The notes beneath the pieces were generated by a model that did not search any database, was not told where the DNA came from, and saw nothing but the letters and a program-made list of their open reading frames with translations. The translations under genes and the position numbers were made by a program. This document shows positions 1 to 14,558 of a stretch of 64,000 nt of DNA, piece after piece; positions within the stretch are counted from its first letter, which is position 1; every line of letters starts with the position of its first letter. Source of the DNA: Eledone cirrhosa (taxonomy: Eukaryota); contig OZ024756.1 in the NCBI GenBank assembly GCA_964016885.1, positions 30,814,001 to 30,878,000 of the forward strand, written 5' to 3'.

Positions 1-156
1 GTAATATTCCTGTAGAAGCCATTTCTATATTAAATATTTATACTCTGCTATGTCTTGAGAACCTTACTCACTGTGGTTACCCCCGCTTAATCCTGGGATA
101 AACATATGTATATATATATATATATATATGTGTGTGTATGTGTGTGTGTGTGTGTG

Positions 157-202
<46 letters not shown>

Positions 203-279
203 TATATATATATATAAATTCGACAGTGTTCTAGGAAAAACTAGACACGATATGTTGAATTTCATCACTTCAATCTCTT

Positions 280-320
<41 letters not shown>

Positions 321-324
<4 letters not shown>

Positions 325-512
325 ATAATAATAAAATTGAAGACTAAAATCCAAAGAGTGCTCGATAAGGAAAATATATATCAAATATATAAGAACCGCA
401 GAGCAAATATTTATTAAAATAACAGATTAAAGTTTAAGGAAAGAATCGCTGCTTTCACCCTTAACGGGATCTTCTGAAAGCTTAAACTTTAATATGTTAT
501 TTTAATAAATAT
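321..512. mobile_element. (TA)n-embedded insert with hairpin 407-512; rearranged copy at 27468-27545
   Basis: tttattaaaataacagattaaagtttaag / cttaaactttaatatgttattttaataaa; 27500-27545 is the reverse complement of 321-365. Confidence 0.7.
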
Positions 513-917
513 ATATATATATATATATGGGTGTGGGTGACTGTGTGGGTGTATGTGGGTGTGTGGGTGTGGGTGTATGTGTGTGTGTGTGAGTGGGTGT
601 AGATACTACAGGTTGGGAGTCTTATTAAAACCTCTAAATTAATGCTTTGTTGTATTTATTCTGATCTTCCGCTTCTTTCTACGCTTGGTTTATATCCAGT
701 TGGGATTAACGTTGCCTTTCACACATTTTGAGATCAATATATACATTGCCGTCTCAATACAGAGGCCGATTCCGATCGGCTATATGTATTTCTCTGATGC
801 ATCCCAATCTGTGACAGATTAAGCTCAACATGTTTAAGAAAGAAAATAATGCGTTATCATAGCTGTTCAGTGACTGAAACTTTGAATCTTAGGCTTGTAA
901 ATGTTTTGTTTGTTTAG

Positions 918-973
<56 letters not shown>

Positions 974-1023
974 AAAATAAAGTTAAATAAAAGTCAAATG
1001 ATTAAAATTTAGCTTCGTTTATT

Positions 1024-1078
1024 ACTGCTATATATATTTCAGTGACAGCCATCTTTGGCTGTGACCTCTTCAGGCAGT
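1024..1078 (-). ncRNA. Type I hammerhead ribozyme, intact core
   Basis: Minus strand: actgc CTGAAGA ggtcacagcc aaagat ggctgtcact GAA ATATATAT A gcagt; stem I actgc/gcagt, stem II acagcc/ggctgt, palindromic stem III, AUA triplet; inside a ~220-bp insert between (TA)n tracts. Confidence 0.8.
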
Positions 1079-1191
1079 TTGAATTAGTATGGTATAGACA
1101 AGCACATATGTTGTTTAGGTGTATAATATTGTCAATACTCTGATATGTCCAGTTCCTTGTTAGGTTGTTAATTCACTGAGGAACTGGAGTC

Positions 1192-1273
<82 letters not shown>

Positions 1274-1593
1274 TGTATATATTATATGGAATGAAGTTAT
1301 TCAATTATTTATAAATGAACTTATTTACTCAGAAATGTATTCATTTATTGAATTACGTATGTATTCGTTTATTTATTTATCTATTTATTTATATACCTGT
1401 TTAGCCATCTATCCTTCTTTTTTATTTCATATCGCCATAGTAACATTTATTTCACGAACCCGAACATTGCGGAAAAATTAAACATCGTTGACAATCACAC
1501 AAAGAAACGCACACACATATACCCACATGGATACACATATACGCATACATACAAAGATACACACACACACGGACACACATAGCCCCCCCCCCA

Positions 1594-1654
<61 letters not shown>

Positions 1655-1835
1655 AATATATTTATATATATTTTTGTATAGGTATATATATAAATATATA
1701 AATATATATAAGTATATATTTATACGTATTTATATAAGTATATGCGTATGTGTGTGCATATATTTTATCCAAAGACATGCTTTCCGCCCCCCACCCACCA
1801 CCCACACTTCTGTCTGCCCCTCAATCTCTCTCCCC

Positions 1836-1920
<85 letters not shown>

Positions 1921-2099
1921 CATCTCTCTCATTCTCTCTGTGCTACATTCCTAATTAGTGCTATGACTTGTTACATTCACAGAAATTTAACAGAAATCTA
2001 AAGAAGTTTTGTTGTTTCAATTAATAATTTTTTCTTTCAGTACATGGTACATCTAAATACATATCATCACAGATAAATATATGTGTAAATATATATATG

Positions 2100-2160
<61 letters not shown>

Positions 2161-2167
2161 ATATACA

Positions 2168-2261
<94 letters not shown>

Positions 2262-2358
2262 GATAAATCTACCAAGAGTTTACGGTAGTGTCCAATCCGT
2301 ATGAAGAACTCAATGTATTCCGGATATCATGGAAAGAAGAGAATAGATCTTAATTTTG

Positions 2359-2392
<34 letters not shown>

Positions 2393-2405
2393 CATATATA
2401 TGTTT

Positions 2406-2436
<31 letters not shown>

Positions 2437-2625
2437 ATATATATGTACATATATGTATATATATATATATATATGTATATGTATATATATATATATGCAC
2501 ATATATGTATATATATATATATATATGTGTGTGTATATATATGTATATATATGTATGTATTTATATATTTATGTATATATATATATATAATATCCATACA
2601 TGAATACATACATACACACACACAT

Positions 2626-2717
<92 letters not shown>

Positions 2718-3095
2718 TATATGCATACAAACATTTATACTTGTCTACAATGATTAAATTCACATACAGAATAACCAGAAACCTCCCACGTCTTCGTACC
2801 TTATTCAATACAACAATACAATAGTCTCGACCATACTTCTATCTGTATGAATAGAGAAAAATCGTTATTCGCCACAACGAGGCATGTGACTACATATGGT
2901 AGAAGTGTTACGTGTAATAATAGTCTGCAAATCATATAGGTTTTGTATTAAGTATATGGCCATGTGGATAATTGTCTGTGGAATTAGATTAGACTTATGT
3001 TGAACGGATATTGCAGAAGCACAAGAAACAGCAGCAGTAGAAGCAGTACCAGCAGTAGAATCAGTAGTAGCAGAAGTAGTAGCAACATATTGTGT

Positions 3096-3268
<173 letters not shown>

Positions 3269-3342
3269 GTATATATATATACAATACACAATATGTGTAT
3301 TGTATATATATATATTGTATATATACAATACACAATATGTGT

Positions 3343-3451
<109 letters not shown>

Positions 3452-3538
3452 TAGAGTGCTCAACTAATCGGGCTGGAAAGTGCCAATCGTATATGTGCCA
3501 ATCGAAAGTGCCAATCGTATATGTAATATCGATATTAC

Positions 3539-3640
<102 letters not shown>

Positions 3641-3642
3641 GT

Positions 3643-3690
<48 letters not shown>

Positions 3691-3755
3691 ATATACATAT
3701 ATATAAGTCTATACAAATAGGCACATACAGATATAAACAAAACACACATGCATCA

Positions 3756-3833
<78 letters not shown>

Positions 3834-3835
3834 GA

Positions 3836-3977
3836 AGGCGTTATGTCCTTGAGCAAGACACTTTATTTCACGTTGCTCCTTCTACCTGGAGTTGCGACCG
3901 ATCTATAGTATTAGATATTGGAAAGACCAACGGAAACATTGTTCCCTCGGTCCGAGTTGACGAAAGTCGATCGTTCC

Positions 3978-3981
<4 letters not shown>
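3836..3981 (+). mobile_element. SINE family 3, head missing, within (TA)n
   Basis: gcgttatgtccttgagcaagacac..cctcggtccgagttgacgaaagtcgatcgtt. Confidence 0.78.
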
Positions 3982-4025
<44 letters not shown>

Positions 4026-4519
4026 CACCTATCATACTATATATAGTTATAATACACCTATTCATACCATATCTCATTATACTATATCTAATTATTACTA
4101 TATCTATTCATATTATGCAAAGTTATATTATATCTACTTATGCTAAACCAATATATACTATATATACTATATATACTATTGATAGTATACCTGTTTATAC
4201 TATACCTAGTGATACCATGTCTAGTAATACGATACCTATAATGTATTATATATATTTACACTATACATAGTTATACTGTACCTAGTTATACAAGATCTAA
4301 ATCTAAAATGGGACATAGTGTTGTGGTTGCTAAAACATTAACGATATATTTACTTTTAATCACAGCCTAAAAATGATATCGTTTCTGGTTGAATGTAGCA
4401 ACTAACAAAACAGATCAATGATGTTGATTCAATATTCGATAAGGCATATGTCTATTTATCTATCTATCAAGCTATCTATCTCTCTTCTCTCTATCTCTCT
4501 ATCTATCTAACTGTCTACT

Positions 4520-4551
<32 letters not shown>

Positions 4552-4594
4552 ACACTCTCTCTCTTTCTCACTCTCTCTTTATATATATATAGAC

Positions 4595-4691
<97 letters not shown>

Positions 4692-5565
4692 TATATGTAT
4701 ATATATATATATATTTATTTATATATATATATATATCATATTTACACAAATTTTTTCCTCTGCTGCTACCCGTCTGTTTCGTTCTATGTATCTTTACCCT
4801 TTCTAGCAGTCTCTCTCTCTGTTAGCCTCTTCCCCACCCTTCACTCACTCATTCTCTGTCACTACCTCCAATCCTCCTCTTTCTTCCCGTTTGACCTGTG
4901 TGTAATTCTTTTCTCCCGCACACTGGCCAAGCTGGTATGAATTTTTTTCTCTCTCTCGTCTACGATTTCACAGAACTTATGTTTACCGAATTCGCAGACC
5001 AGACCCCTTCTTCCTCCCGTTAGACCTGTGCGAAATTCCTTCCTTGCTCACATTTCAACCAGGTTTGATGGTCTTTATTCTCTCGTTCACGATTTCACCG
5101 AATTTAAATTCATAGAAATCTGGTACTTGTCTCTTTCTTCCTCACTTACTGTTGCTTCACCATTTTGTTTGTTTACCCTCGCGTCCCCTTTATTTACGTG
5201 TCCCAACGACTTTTTTTAGCCGTTGCTCGCACCAACCGGAGGTATATGGTCTTTAAAGCGATGAAATGCCTATGATGGTTGGAAGATCACTGATGAAGGA
5301 CAAACTTTTTTCATATGTAACCCATTTGCAACTCCGCAGCGCCCTTATTATTATTATATATATATATATATGTATCTATAGACATATGCATACATATATA
5401 TATTTATATATATATATAATAAGGATTCACTGTCCTACGGTTAAGCTTCTACCTTAACGCTATGTCAGATTATCCTTATAATCATATCTACAAACTACTT
5501 TTCTGAAGTAGTTGAATAAATCATCTTACTCTCCTTAACTAACAATATTTCATCTCGTCTCGTAT

Positions 5566-5676
<111 letters not shown>

Positions 5677-5770
5677 AATATATATATATAAATATATATA
5701 TATTTATATGTATATATATGTATATATATGTATATAAATAGACATATCTATATTTGTATATACGTATACA

Positions 5771-5827
<57 letters not shown>

Positions 5828-7582
5828 TATATATATAAATATGTCTGTATCGTGTGTGAGTATGTATGTATATATATATATACATACATATATACAGTTT
5901 GTTGAGATATACTTTTTAATGGGTGTTTGCTAAAGCTTGTCATTAGTGAATTGAGCCAACTGCTCGGATATTTCTAATTAAGTAGATTTTACCCGAGGTA
6001 GAAGAGGACATACTAGAGTATTGCTAGCTTCATTTCATTTGTTTTGACTTTTAAATGAATGTTGTCACTATTGTTATTATTTTTGATCATATTGTTAATA
6101 TTATTTTCCTTCTTGTAGCTGTCATCTTTTCTTTTTACATATGTATGAAATTTACGATATGCATGTTATTTTTATATATCCAGAAGACCGTGCTAATTAT
6201 CTCGCTGTTCACAAAGATTAACCATACACACACCACCAACACATTACCACGCACTACTCACATACATACATGCAGGTGTATTTAAATACACATATATGTA
6301 TGCTGATACAAACGGCATACATTCAACAGCGATACAGTTTCAATATGAGGTTTAGGAATAAATAAACTGATCATATTTTGTATTGTATTTTTATTTATAT
6401 TTAATATTTTTCTCGCTATTAGAGATTATGCGCCATTGAGGTCTTGTAAAGAACTGTTATTCTTTCGGTATTTGCGACTGATTTTACATATGTTGAAGTG
6501 AGTTCATATTTGTGTTTGTCTACCGATTTCTAACTGTTGTTCTATTATGTTCTATTACTATGGTGGTCGTCGTTTCATTTGTTAAAGCGTAAATTGTTCT
6601 ATTTACGTTGCTCGGCCTCACTTTTAAAACCAATTTGTCATTTACTTATTTATTCATGTCTTTGGTGACAGAAGGAATTCATATATTTAGTAATTGAAGG
6701 AATTCATATCTATGGTACCCGAAGGTAAATATATTTTGCTAATTGAAGGTATTTTATGTATTTCGTGACTGAGGAAGTTAAAGTATATTATTTTTGTTAA
6801 TATTATGTTCGGAAGCAATATATTTTTCCAGTGTAAACAACAAACACTAAATCTGTTAATCGGCTTTATTGTATATAAGCAGACGGACAGAACACTGGGG
6901 CAGCAGGGAAGAGGAGCAGTTCACTTATAATCTTTTGATCGGTGCCAACGCACTTCAGCGATCTCACCTGCAAATCAGCATATTCACTGCTGTTTCTCTT
7001 CTTGCCAAGCTCTTTAGAAGACAAAAAAAGTAAATCATTTTTTAAAAATTAAATAAATTCCTAGAAAACAAAAAGTAGTCGGTAATGTTCGTCTATGATT
7101 TTAGAGAATGATATAAAAACATCAAAGCAAGATTTAAATTTGAAATCTATTTAATACTAGTATAATATTATTCTCCACACACCACATATGCAAAAGAAGC
7201 TATATTATCACATTGTTGATCTTAATAATATATTTTAACATGGAATTTCATTAGATCTAGCAACAATTTTGTAGCGTTGCTTTTGAATTGAATATATACA
7301 GAAAGTAATTTCATAATATTATCTGATTTAGGAAAAAAAAAATACAAACTTTTATTGATTTAATGTATCGATTTAAATCATGCAAACTACATTTATTAGA
7401 ACCACTACAACTACTACTAGAGTTGCTGCTGCTACTACTACTACTCATACTTCTTCTACTATTACAACTACTACTAGTAGTAGCTGTAGTACCTTGAAAG
7501 AAAAACGTATCAGATTCCAACAAATGCTCTTCTATCGCTCCTCCTATTCAGTGCCACACACACACACGTATACACACATACA

Positions 7583-7665
<83 letters not shown>

Positions 7666-7772
7666 ACATATTCTCAGTAAATACTCCCAGGCCTTTTCTA
7701 AAACAAATGTTTCCGTACCTTCCCCATCTCACTTTCTATTGTTTCTTTTCATCTTTTATTTCACATATTCCA

Positions 7773-7808
7773 TCTTCTGACAAGGGGCTAGTGTTCGAAA
7801 TATAAAGA
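7773..7808 (+). ncRNA. Minimal hammerhead relic (G8->A lesion)
   Basis: tctt CTGACAA g gggc tagt gttc GAA ATAT A aaga; stem I tctt/aaga; core CUGACGA decayed to CUGACAA. Confidence 0.5.
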
Positions 7809-8706
7809 ATCTATAGGGAAAAGAGGAGTCAAATGATTATTTAATACCTTTTACTTGCAGCGACAGGCTTCTGACATCCATGTATACTTACTTATCCATT
7901 TTAACACTCAATTCACTATAAACATAAATTTATTGCAGAAGGCCCAATTTCTATGCACACAGTAGAATATCTCATATAGAAAACAACGTAGAAGAACAAT
8001 TCAAGAAATGTGGAACATGTTTTGTTGATAAATATTCAATTCCTCAAGCAGGATTATAGGAGGATCACAGTAGGAGTTATCCTGTAGTAGGTCTTTTCAT
8101 CTCACTGTCCAAGAGAGTTCTCTCTCTGGTGAACCAGAAGGTTTTATAACGAGGAGACAGCAATGTATTCATACGCAATCTAAAACGATTGGTTTGTTTA
8201 ACAAATAACGAAGTGTGAAACTTTGTTGCTGCGAGTTATGAAATAGTTCTGCTACAAATCTTTTTCTACTATATCAATCGCTAAATTAATATATTTCTTC
8301 ATTGTACTGTGTTGTTTGCTTTGTTGTTTCTGTTTATATTTGCATATAAGCATGCTTACATGGCTCTCTAACGCCCGATGGAGTTGTATCGGAGCCAAAT
8401 TTACATTTCTCGGGTATATTTAAACCTGGTGGAGCTCATCCATACAGCAGATTTCTTCCAGAGAAGAATAGAAAGTAAGAAAGAAATTGAAACAGAAATA
8501 CAAAGGTAGAATCGACCCTAGTACTATACTAGTACTCTTTCATCGACCTTGAAAGAATTAAAGGTGTGCTCAGATCTCAGAGAGCAGCGAGCGGACACGA
8601 ATACGGGAAAGCATTTTATTCAACGTTTTAACGCACTGCCAACTTTGCATATATATATACATGCATATATATATGTATGTGTGTGGTGTGTGTGTGTCTG
8701 CATATG

Positions 8707-8753
<47 letters not shown>

Positions 8754-8758
<5 letters not shown>

Positions 8759-9118
8759 CAATCCAATTATAAAAATGTTACTAAATAAAAAATAATTAAT
8801 TATTTGATCTTTTCTTAACTTATAAAGAAAAGTGTTTGTTATTTATTTGTATAACCGTATAGACTCTGTTTTTTTTTACGAATTTTGTATATAAGGTGTA
8901 CGACGTAATCTTAGCAAGTAAATTATATATATATATATATATATATATAATTTACTTGCTAAGATTACGTCGTACACCTTATATACAAAGTTCGTAAAAA
9001 GAACAGAGTCTATACGGTTATACAAATAAATAACAAACACTTTTCTTTATAAGGTAAGAAAAGATCAAATAATTAATTATCTTTTATTTAGTAACATTTT
9101 TATAATTGGATTGATAAT
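8754..9118. repeat. Inverted repeat, ~170-bp arms around a short (TA)n spacer
   Basis: ttatcaatccaattataaaaatg..gcaagtaaatt (TA)n aatttacttgc..catttttataattggattgataa, few mismatches. Confidence 0.92.
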
Positions 9119-9613
9119 TACATCTTTTCTCTCCTTTCACCATCTAATTAACAACAAGGTTCTCTTTGAATAAAACGCAAATATCCATTCACTGCTGATT
9201 AAATGAACACCTAGAAATTTCATTTTCCAAATAAGTCAGATTAATGCATTTCAAATCGAGATAAACTTTTAACGAAAATCTTTTAAAACCTACATTCCGA
9301 AAACTTTGCTGCAATTCTTTTAGCTAATCATGTTTCACAATGATACTATTAAGATGGTATATTCGTCAATTGTACCGGCAAACTAAACAATTTGTTTAAG
9401 ACACACACACGTACACGCTCGCTCAGTTGCACGCACACAAACACACACACACACACAGACACAGAGACAGACAGACTGACAGACGGGCGCACACACAAAC
9501 ACACACACATATATATATATATATAGTTATATATATACATATATATATATAGTTATATATATACATACATATATATATATATATATATACGTCTATATAT
9601 ATATAATTTTTCG

Positions 9614-9647
<34 letters not shown>

Positions 9648-9859
9648 CTGAAGTTTAATTATCTTTTGTAAATAATAAACAGATTATTTATAAGCCAGAG
9701 ACATTCTAATGCTGTTTGCCATATACTTTATTTATTTCATAATCTGCATTATTTGTTCTTACTTCAAATAAAATACCGAATTAGAACCAACGGAATTTTA
9801 AACTTAAAACGCATAGAAATGAAGACATTCTACGCGATGCTTCATTGTCGATAAGACAA

Positions 9860-10698
9860 TAGTAATAATTGGTTCTACTTTAGGCACAAGGCCAGCAATT
9901 TGAAGGGTAGTGGGAAAGTCGATTAAATCTACCCCAATGCATTACTGGTTCTTTGGTATATCGACTTCGTAAGGATGAAAGGCAAAGCTAACCTCGACAG
10001 GATTTGAACTACTCAGAACGTAAAGGCACGTAACTCTATGGCACGAAAGGATGTTGTCCGATGCTCCACCGGTACTGCCAATTCGCTGCCCTTAAATATT
10101 AGTAACAATTGTTTCTACTTTTGGCACAAGGCCAGCAATTATCCCAGTACGTTACTGGTATTTTATTTTATCGACTTGTATGGATGAAAGGCAAAGTTAA
10201 CCTCGGCAGGATTTGAACTCGCATAAAGGGCCGCAACTCTATTCTGCAAAGCATGGCGTCCAACCCTCTACTGATGCTGCCAATCCACGTAATAATGGTT
10301 TATTATTTAGACACAAAGCCAGCAATTTTGAGGGAGGGGGAAGTCGATTAATTCACCCCCAATGTGTGAGTGGTACTTTATTTTATCCACTTTGTATGGA
10401 TGAAAGGCAGAGTTAACCTCGGCGGGATTTGAACTCAGAACGTAAAGGGCCGTAACTCTATGTCACGAAGTATGTTCTCTGAGGCTCTACCGTGCCATTA
10501 AACAATAGTAATAATTGTTTCTACTTTAGGCACAAGGCCAGCAACTACCACAGTGCATTACTTTATTTCATCGACCACGTAAGGATAAAAGTCAAGGTTA
10601 ACCTCGGCGGGATTTGAACTTAGATCATAAATGGCCGTAACTCTATGCTTCAAAGCATGGCGTCATATCCTCTACTCATACTGCCAATCCACCGCCCT
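9860..10698 (-). mobile_element. Four tandem copies of tRNA-derived SINE family 1
   Basis: cacaa(g/a)gccagcaa..atgaaaggcaaagttaacctcggcgggatttgaactc..ctgccaat repeated at ~9885, 10124, 10313, 10531. Confidence 0.85.
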
Positions 10699-11056
10699 AT
10701 CCAACAAAAACAACACGACACATTTTGTATTTTCTTGACCAATTTGTTCTTCTAGCAGCAGCTCTAGAAGTTAGAGACTTTGTGTAATCTAGATAAATTT
10801 TCACTACAGGTTATTACTAGAATTATCTTTCCACTCTACACAACGCTTTCGGAATTATCGAGGGACAAAATTGGTTTTAATTAAATATTCATAAGTCATC
10901 TAAAGTATTATGCAATATAATCAAATTGTTTGGAATATATCGATATACGATATTTATTTATATATTCATCATAATTCGATAATGTTTTTCACAGTATCTA
11001 TGCAAGAAGAATAGCATATTATACTAGAATAAATATAGTTTAGGTATGGGTATGTA

Positions 11057-11328
<272 letters not shown>

Positions 11329-11335
11329 TATATAT

Positions 11336-11393
11336 TACTTTTTACTCTTTTACCTGTTCCAGCCATCCGACTGATGCCATGCTGGGGCACCGC

Positions 11394-11394
<1 letters not shown>
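11336..11394. mobile_element. Terminal fragment of a common Octopus-type SINE
   Basis: tactcttttacctgttccagccatccgactgatgccatgctggggcaccgcc resembles the recalled consensus ctcttttacttgtttcagtcatttgactgcggccatgctggagcaccgcc. Confidence 0.55.
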
Positions 11395-11438
<44 letters not shown>

Positions 11439-13902
11439 GTTTTGTATCTCTGTTTGTTGTGTCCTTGAACTATATATATGTATACATATATGCATGTATA
11501 TATTTATATATACATATGCATGCATGTATATGTATGTAAAAAGTAATCAAAAATAACAGAGCAAACGATACGGTACATTGAAGAAATCAACCAATTAATC
11601 ACTAGGTCACGTGTTTCATTTAAATATATCAAGGTCACAGCGGACAAAATAGTGAATGTGTTAAGCGCCCGAATGATAAGATGGCAATGCACTGAATGAA
11701 CCAGTACATCTTGTGGGTTTGTGAGTAACGTCTCTAAACGTTGTGGATGTTGAACACATGATTATAAAGGTCTGATACCTGGACTTGGTGGAGCGTTATG
11801 TTCTAGACTAAAAGGCTTCATTTTATGTTGCTTTCCTTAATTGGTCTGGGGGCTATATCTTCAAAGCACAAGAAACACCTGTTGTGAGATGCAAACTCAA
11901 AGAACGCCAGCTAAACCTGTGAAAGTCTCATTGTGGCGGGCAGTTATCTCCCTTCCTATCGCACTGAGAACTGAGTACTAAACATGGATATGATGTGACC
12001 GCACAGGAAAAGTCATTAGATATTTCCCATCGTTATAACTTTAACTTTACAGATTAGTCAACACTCTGTCAACTTGACAGGCAGTAACTTGGTCACTAAT
12101 TGCAATAGAATATAACTAACAAACTAACTAACTAACTAAATAAATAAATAAATGAATAATAAAATTTATGAGAACAGGTTTGACGAAAAAAAAACGCTTA
12201 TCAAAACGCTTTTTTTTTTTTTTGTTCAATTTTTATGCGTTTGTTTGTTTGTATTGTTTGTTTTGTTTGCTGTCGTAGAAACGAACGAATATTGGATGTT
12301 TATATGCTACCGACATTAGCAAATATGGCTATGTCTCACTACTTCGTCATGGATGAATTGTGGTTTGAAATACCCCATAATTAGAGCCTGTGATGTTTGA
12401 TATTTAAAACAGTTTTTGTTTGTGGTTTTAGTAATTTATTTTTATATTTTGTTGTCGTCGTTGTTGTTGTTGTTGTCGTTTATTCAGCTCAGTGGCAAAT
12501 CGGTTTCTAAAAGACCTGTAATTGCTCAGATCAAAAGAAGGGTTTTCAGAAGAGCTTTCTTTGATTTTGGTATTAATAAGTTACATCGCACGATTGATTG
12601 GAAAGGATAAATATAATGAAAAAAGTAAAACACTAGAGTAAAACATCACTAGTATCACCACATTAATATACCAATTATATATATATATATATATATATAT
12701 AGTAGTTTCGGTGTCCCGTTAAATTTATTACCTGGGAATGTTGTATATTTAACGACGTCCTCGGGTGAATATGTTGCTGTGGTTACTTGCTGTCTAGCCT
12801 TATCACTAACTGCTAACTAACTAACTCAGGAAAGTCACTATACAAACATTGGAGCTGCCAGTGACAACAACAAAACCCATCCTACCTAATTCCATACAGT
12901 TTTGTCAAAAAATGTACAAAAAATATGCTAGTCCCAATGACTAGTGGAGGGTGAGAGATGAAGTGCCATAAAGCGGATATTTAATCCGAATACATAGAAC
13001 AGTGTGGAAACCGCTGAAGGCACATGAGTGCCAGGTAGTGTTACTAAACAGAGTAACGGATTCCGTCAAGTCCCGAACTATAACTGGTGAAGTATAGAGC
13101 GTGGATTTACACAGGTTGCTAAATTGTAATCGTAAGTGTGCTGTGTCAGGTTTGTCCAAGGGCTAAATAATAATGACACTGACAACTATAGCTCGTATCA
13201 TTAGCACAAGTCAAAGAAAACTGTGTTATTTATACTATAACACTTGGAATGATTTTAATCATTTATTCATACATCAGCTCCATAAACTACAAGATAAGCT
13301 CAACATGATAATCTCAAAGGGTTTACAACTTATTCATTGCACAGAGAAGGCTTCTAATTAAATAGACCAAACTTTTGTCGTTATCTACATTAAATTTTCC
13401 TTATTTACACAAATACAGCTGCCTTCTCTCTTTCTCCCTATATATATATATATAAAGAATTAGTATATCTACCAACATATATATACAGATGCATACCTAT
13501 GCTAGCAAATATATAGGTTTGTCTTAGTAACTTTGTGGTTCAATGCAAGGGAATGCAGAACAATTATATGAAATACGTAAAATAAGAAAATTATAAAAAT
13601 TAATTTACTAAAATTTCACTCCAAATAATTAGTTTCTGAAAGGGAATAAACATGGTTTCCGAATGGAACGCACGGAGAAACCTTTCGTCACCAGGAAGCT
13701 CATTCTCAGCTAAGTTACCAGGCGATGCGTGGACACAGGGAACTTGTACAAAAAAAAACAAAAAAAAACCTTTTAAAGGGAGACTACTCTTTATCCACCT
13801 AATCTTAACTCTTTGACATTAGAGATAGAACATATACTCTATACCATTTCCTGTCAGCATGACTTGGCAAGCTATTTAGAACACTGGATTAACAGCTTTA
13901 CT

Positions 13903-13940
13903 TCCCTCTGAAGAAGAGATATTATCTCGAAAATTAAGGA
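13903..13940 (+). ncRNA. Minimal hammerhead ribozyme, intact core, short stem I
   Basis: cct CTGAAGA a gagat att atctc GAA AATT A agg; 5-bp stem II, palindromic AAUU stem III, UUA triplet. Confidence 0.6.
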
Positions 13941-14196
13941 CATTTAAATAAATCTAAGGTAAAAGACTAATTGTCAACAATATCTTTTGCATTTGCATTC
14001 TTTATTCTATGTCCGTACCTGCATTGTTTTGGCTTTATTATATATATACAAACGTTTATATATATATATATATATATATATTAATAAGAGGGATTCCAAC
14101 TTTGTCTGATTTACTCGTTTTATTTACAATCCTTTAAAATATATAATGGTATTATAATGAAATAGTATAATAGAATATTAAATTCTAAGTGTTAAT

Positions 14197-14235
14197 TGAA
14201 CAAGTACTTTCATGCTTTCGCAATCTTCAGGTTCA
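14197..14235 (-). ncRNA. Minimal hammerhead ribozyme (family A), left arm of palindrome
   Basis: Exact reverse complement of 14309-14347. Confidence 0.8.
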
Positions 14236-14308
14236 TAATATGTGGTGACAGTCAAGTTTGCAATTTTCAACAGTTGAAAATTGCAAACTTGACTGTCACC
14301 ACATATTA

Positions 14309-14347
14309 TGAACCTGAAGATTGCGAAAGCATGAAAGTACTTGTTCA
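14309..14347 (+). ncRNA. Minimal hammerhead ribozyme (family A), intact core
   Basis: tgaac CTGAAGA ttgc gaaa gcat GAA AGTACT T gttca; 5-bp stem I, GNRA-capped stem II, palindromic AGUACU stem III, CUU triplet. Confidence 0.82.
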
Positions 14348-14521
14348 ATTAACACTTAGAATTTAATATTCTATCATACTATTTCATTATAATACCATTA
14401 TATATTTTAAAGGATTGTAAATAAAACGAGTAAATCAGACAAAGTTGGAATTCCTCTTATTAATATAATCTTCTATACACAATCATACACACCCGTGTAT
14501 ATTTACCTATCTATATCTATC

Positions 14522-14558
<37 letters not shown>

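Larger units (their letters stand above)
14077..14515 (+). mobile_element. HHR-bearing non-autonomous element (family A) with ~390-bp palindrome 14077-14467
   Basis: Arms of ~195 bp with 2 visible mismatches centred on 14272; right arm continues to 14515; (TA)n on both sides; second copy at 27122-27360. Confidence 0.85.

Noticed and set aside
13600-13740. Possible HHR on the minus strand (GTGACGA..GAAA)
   Set aside because: Stems could not be assembled consistently.
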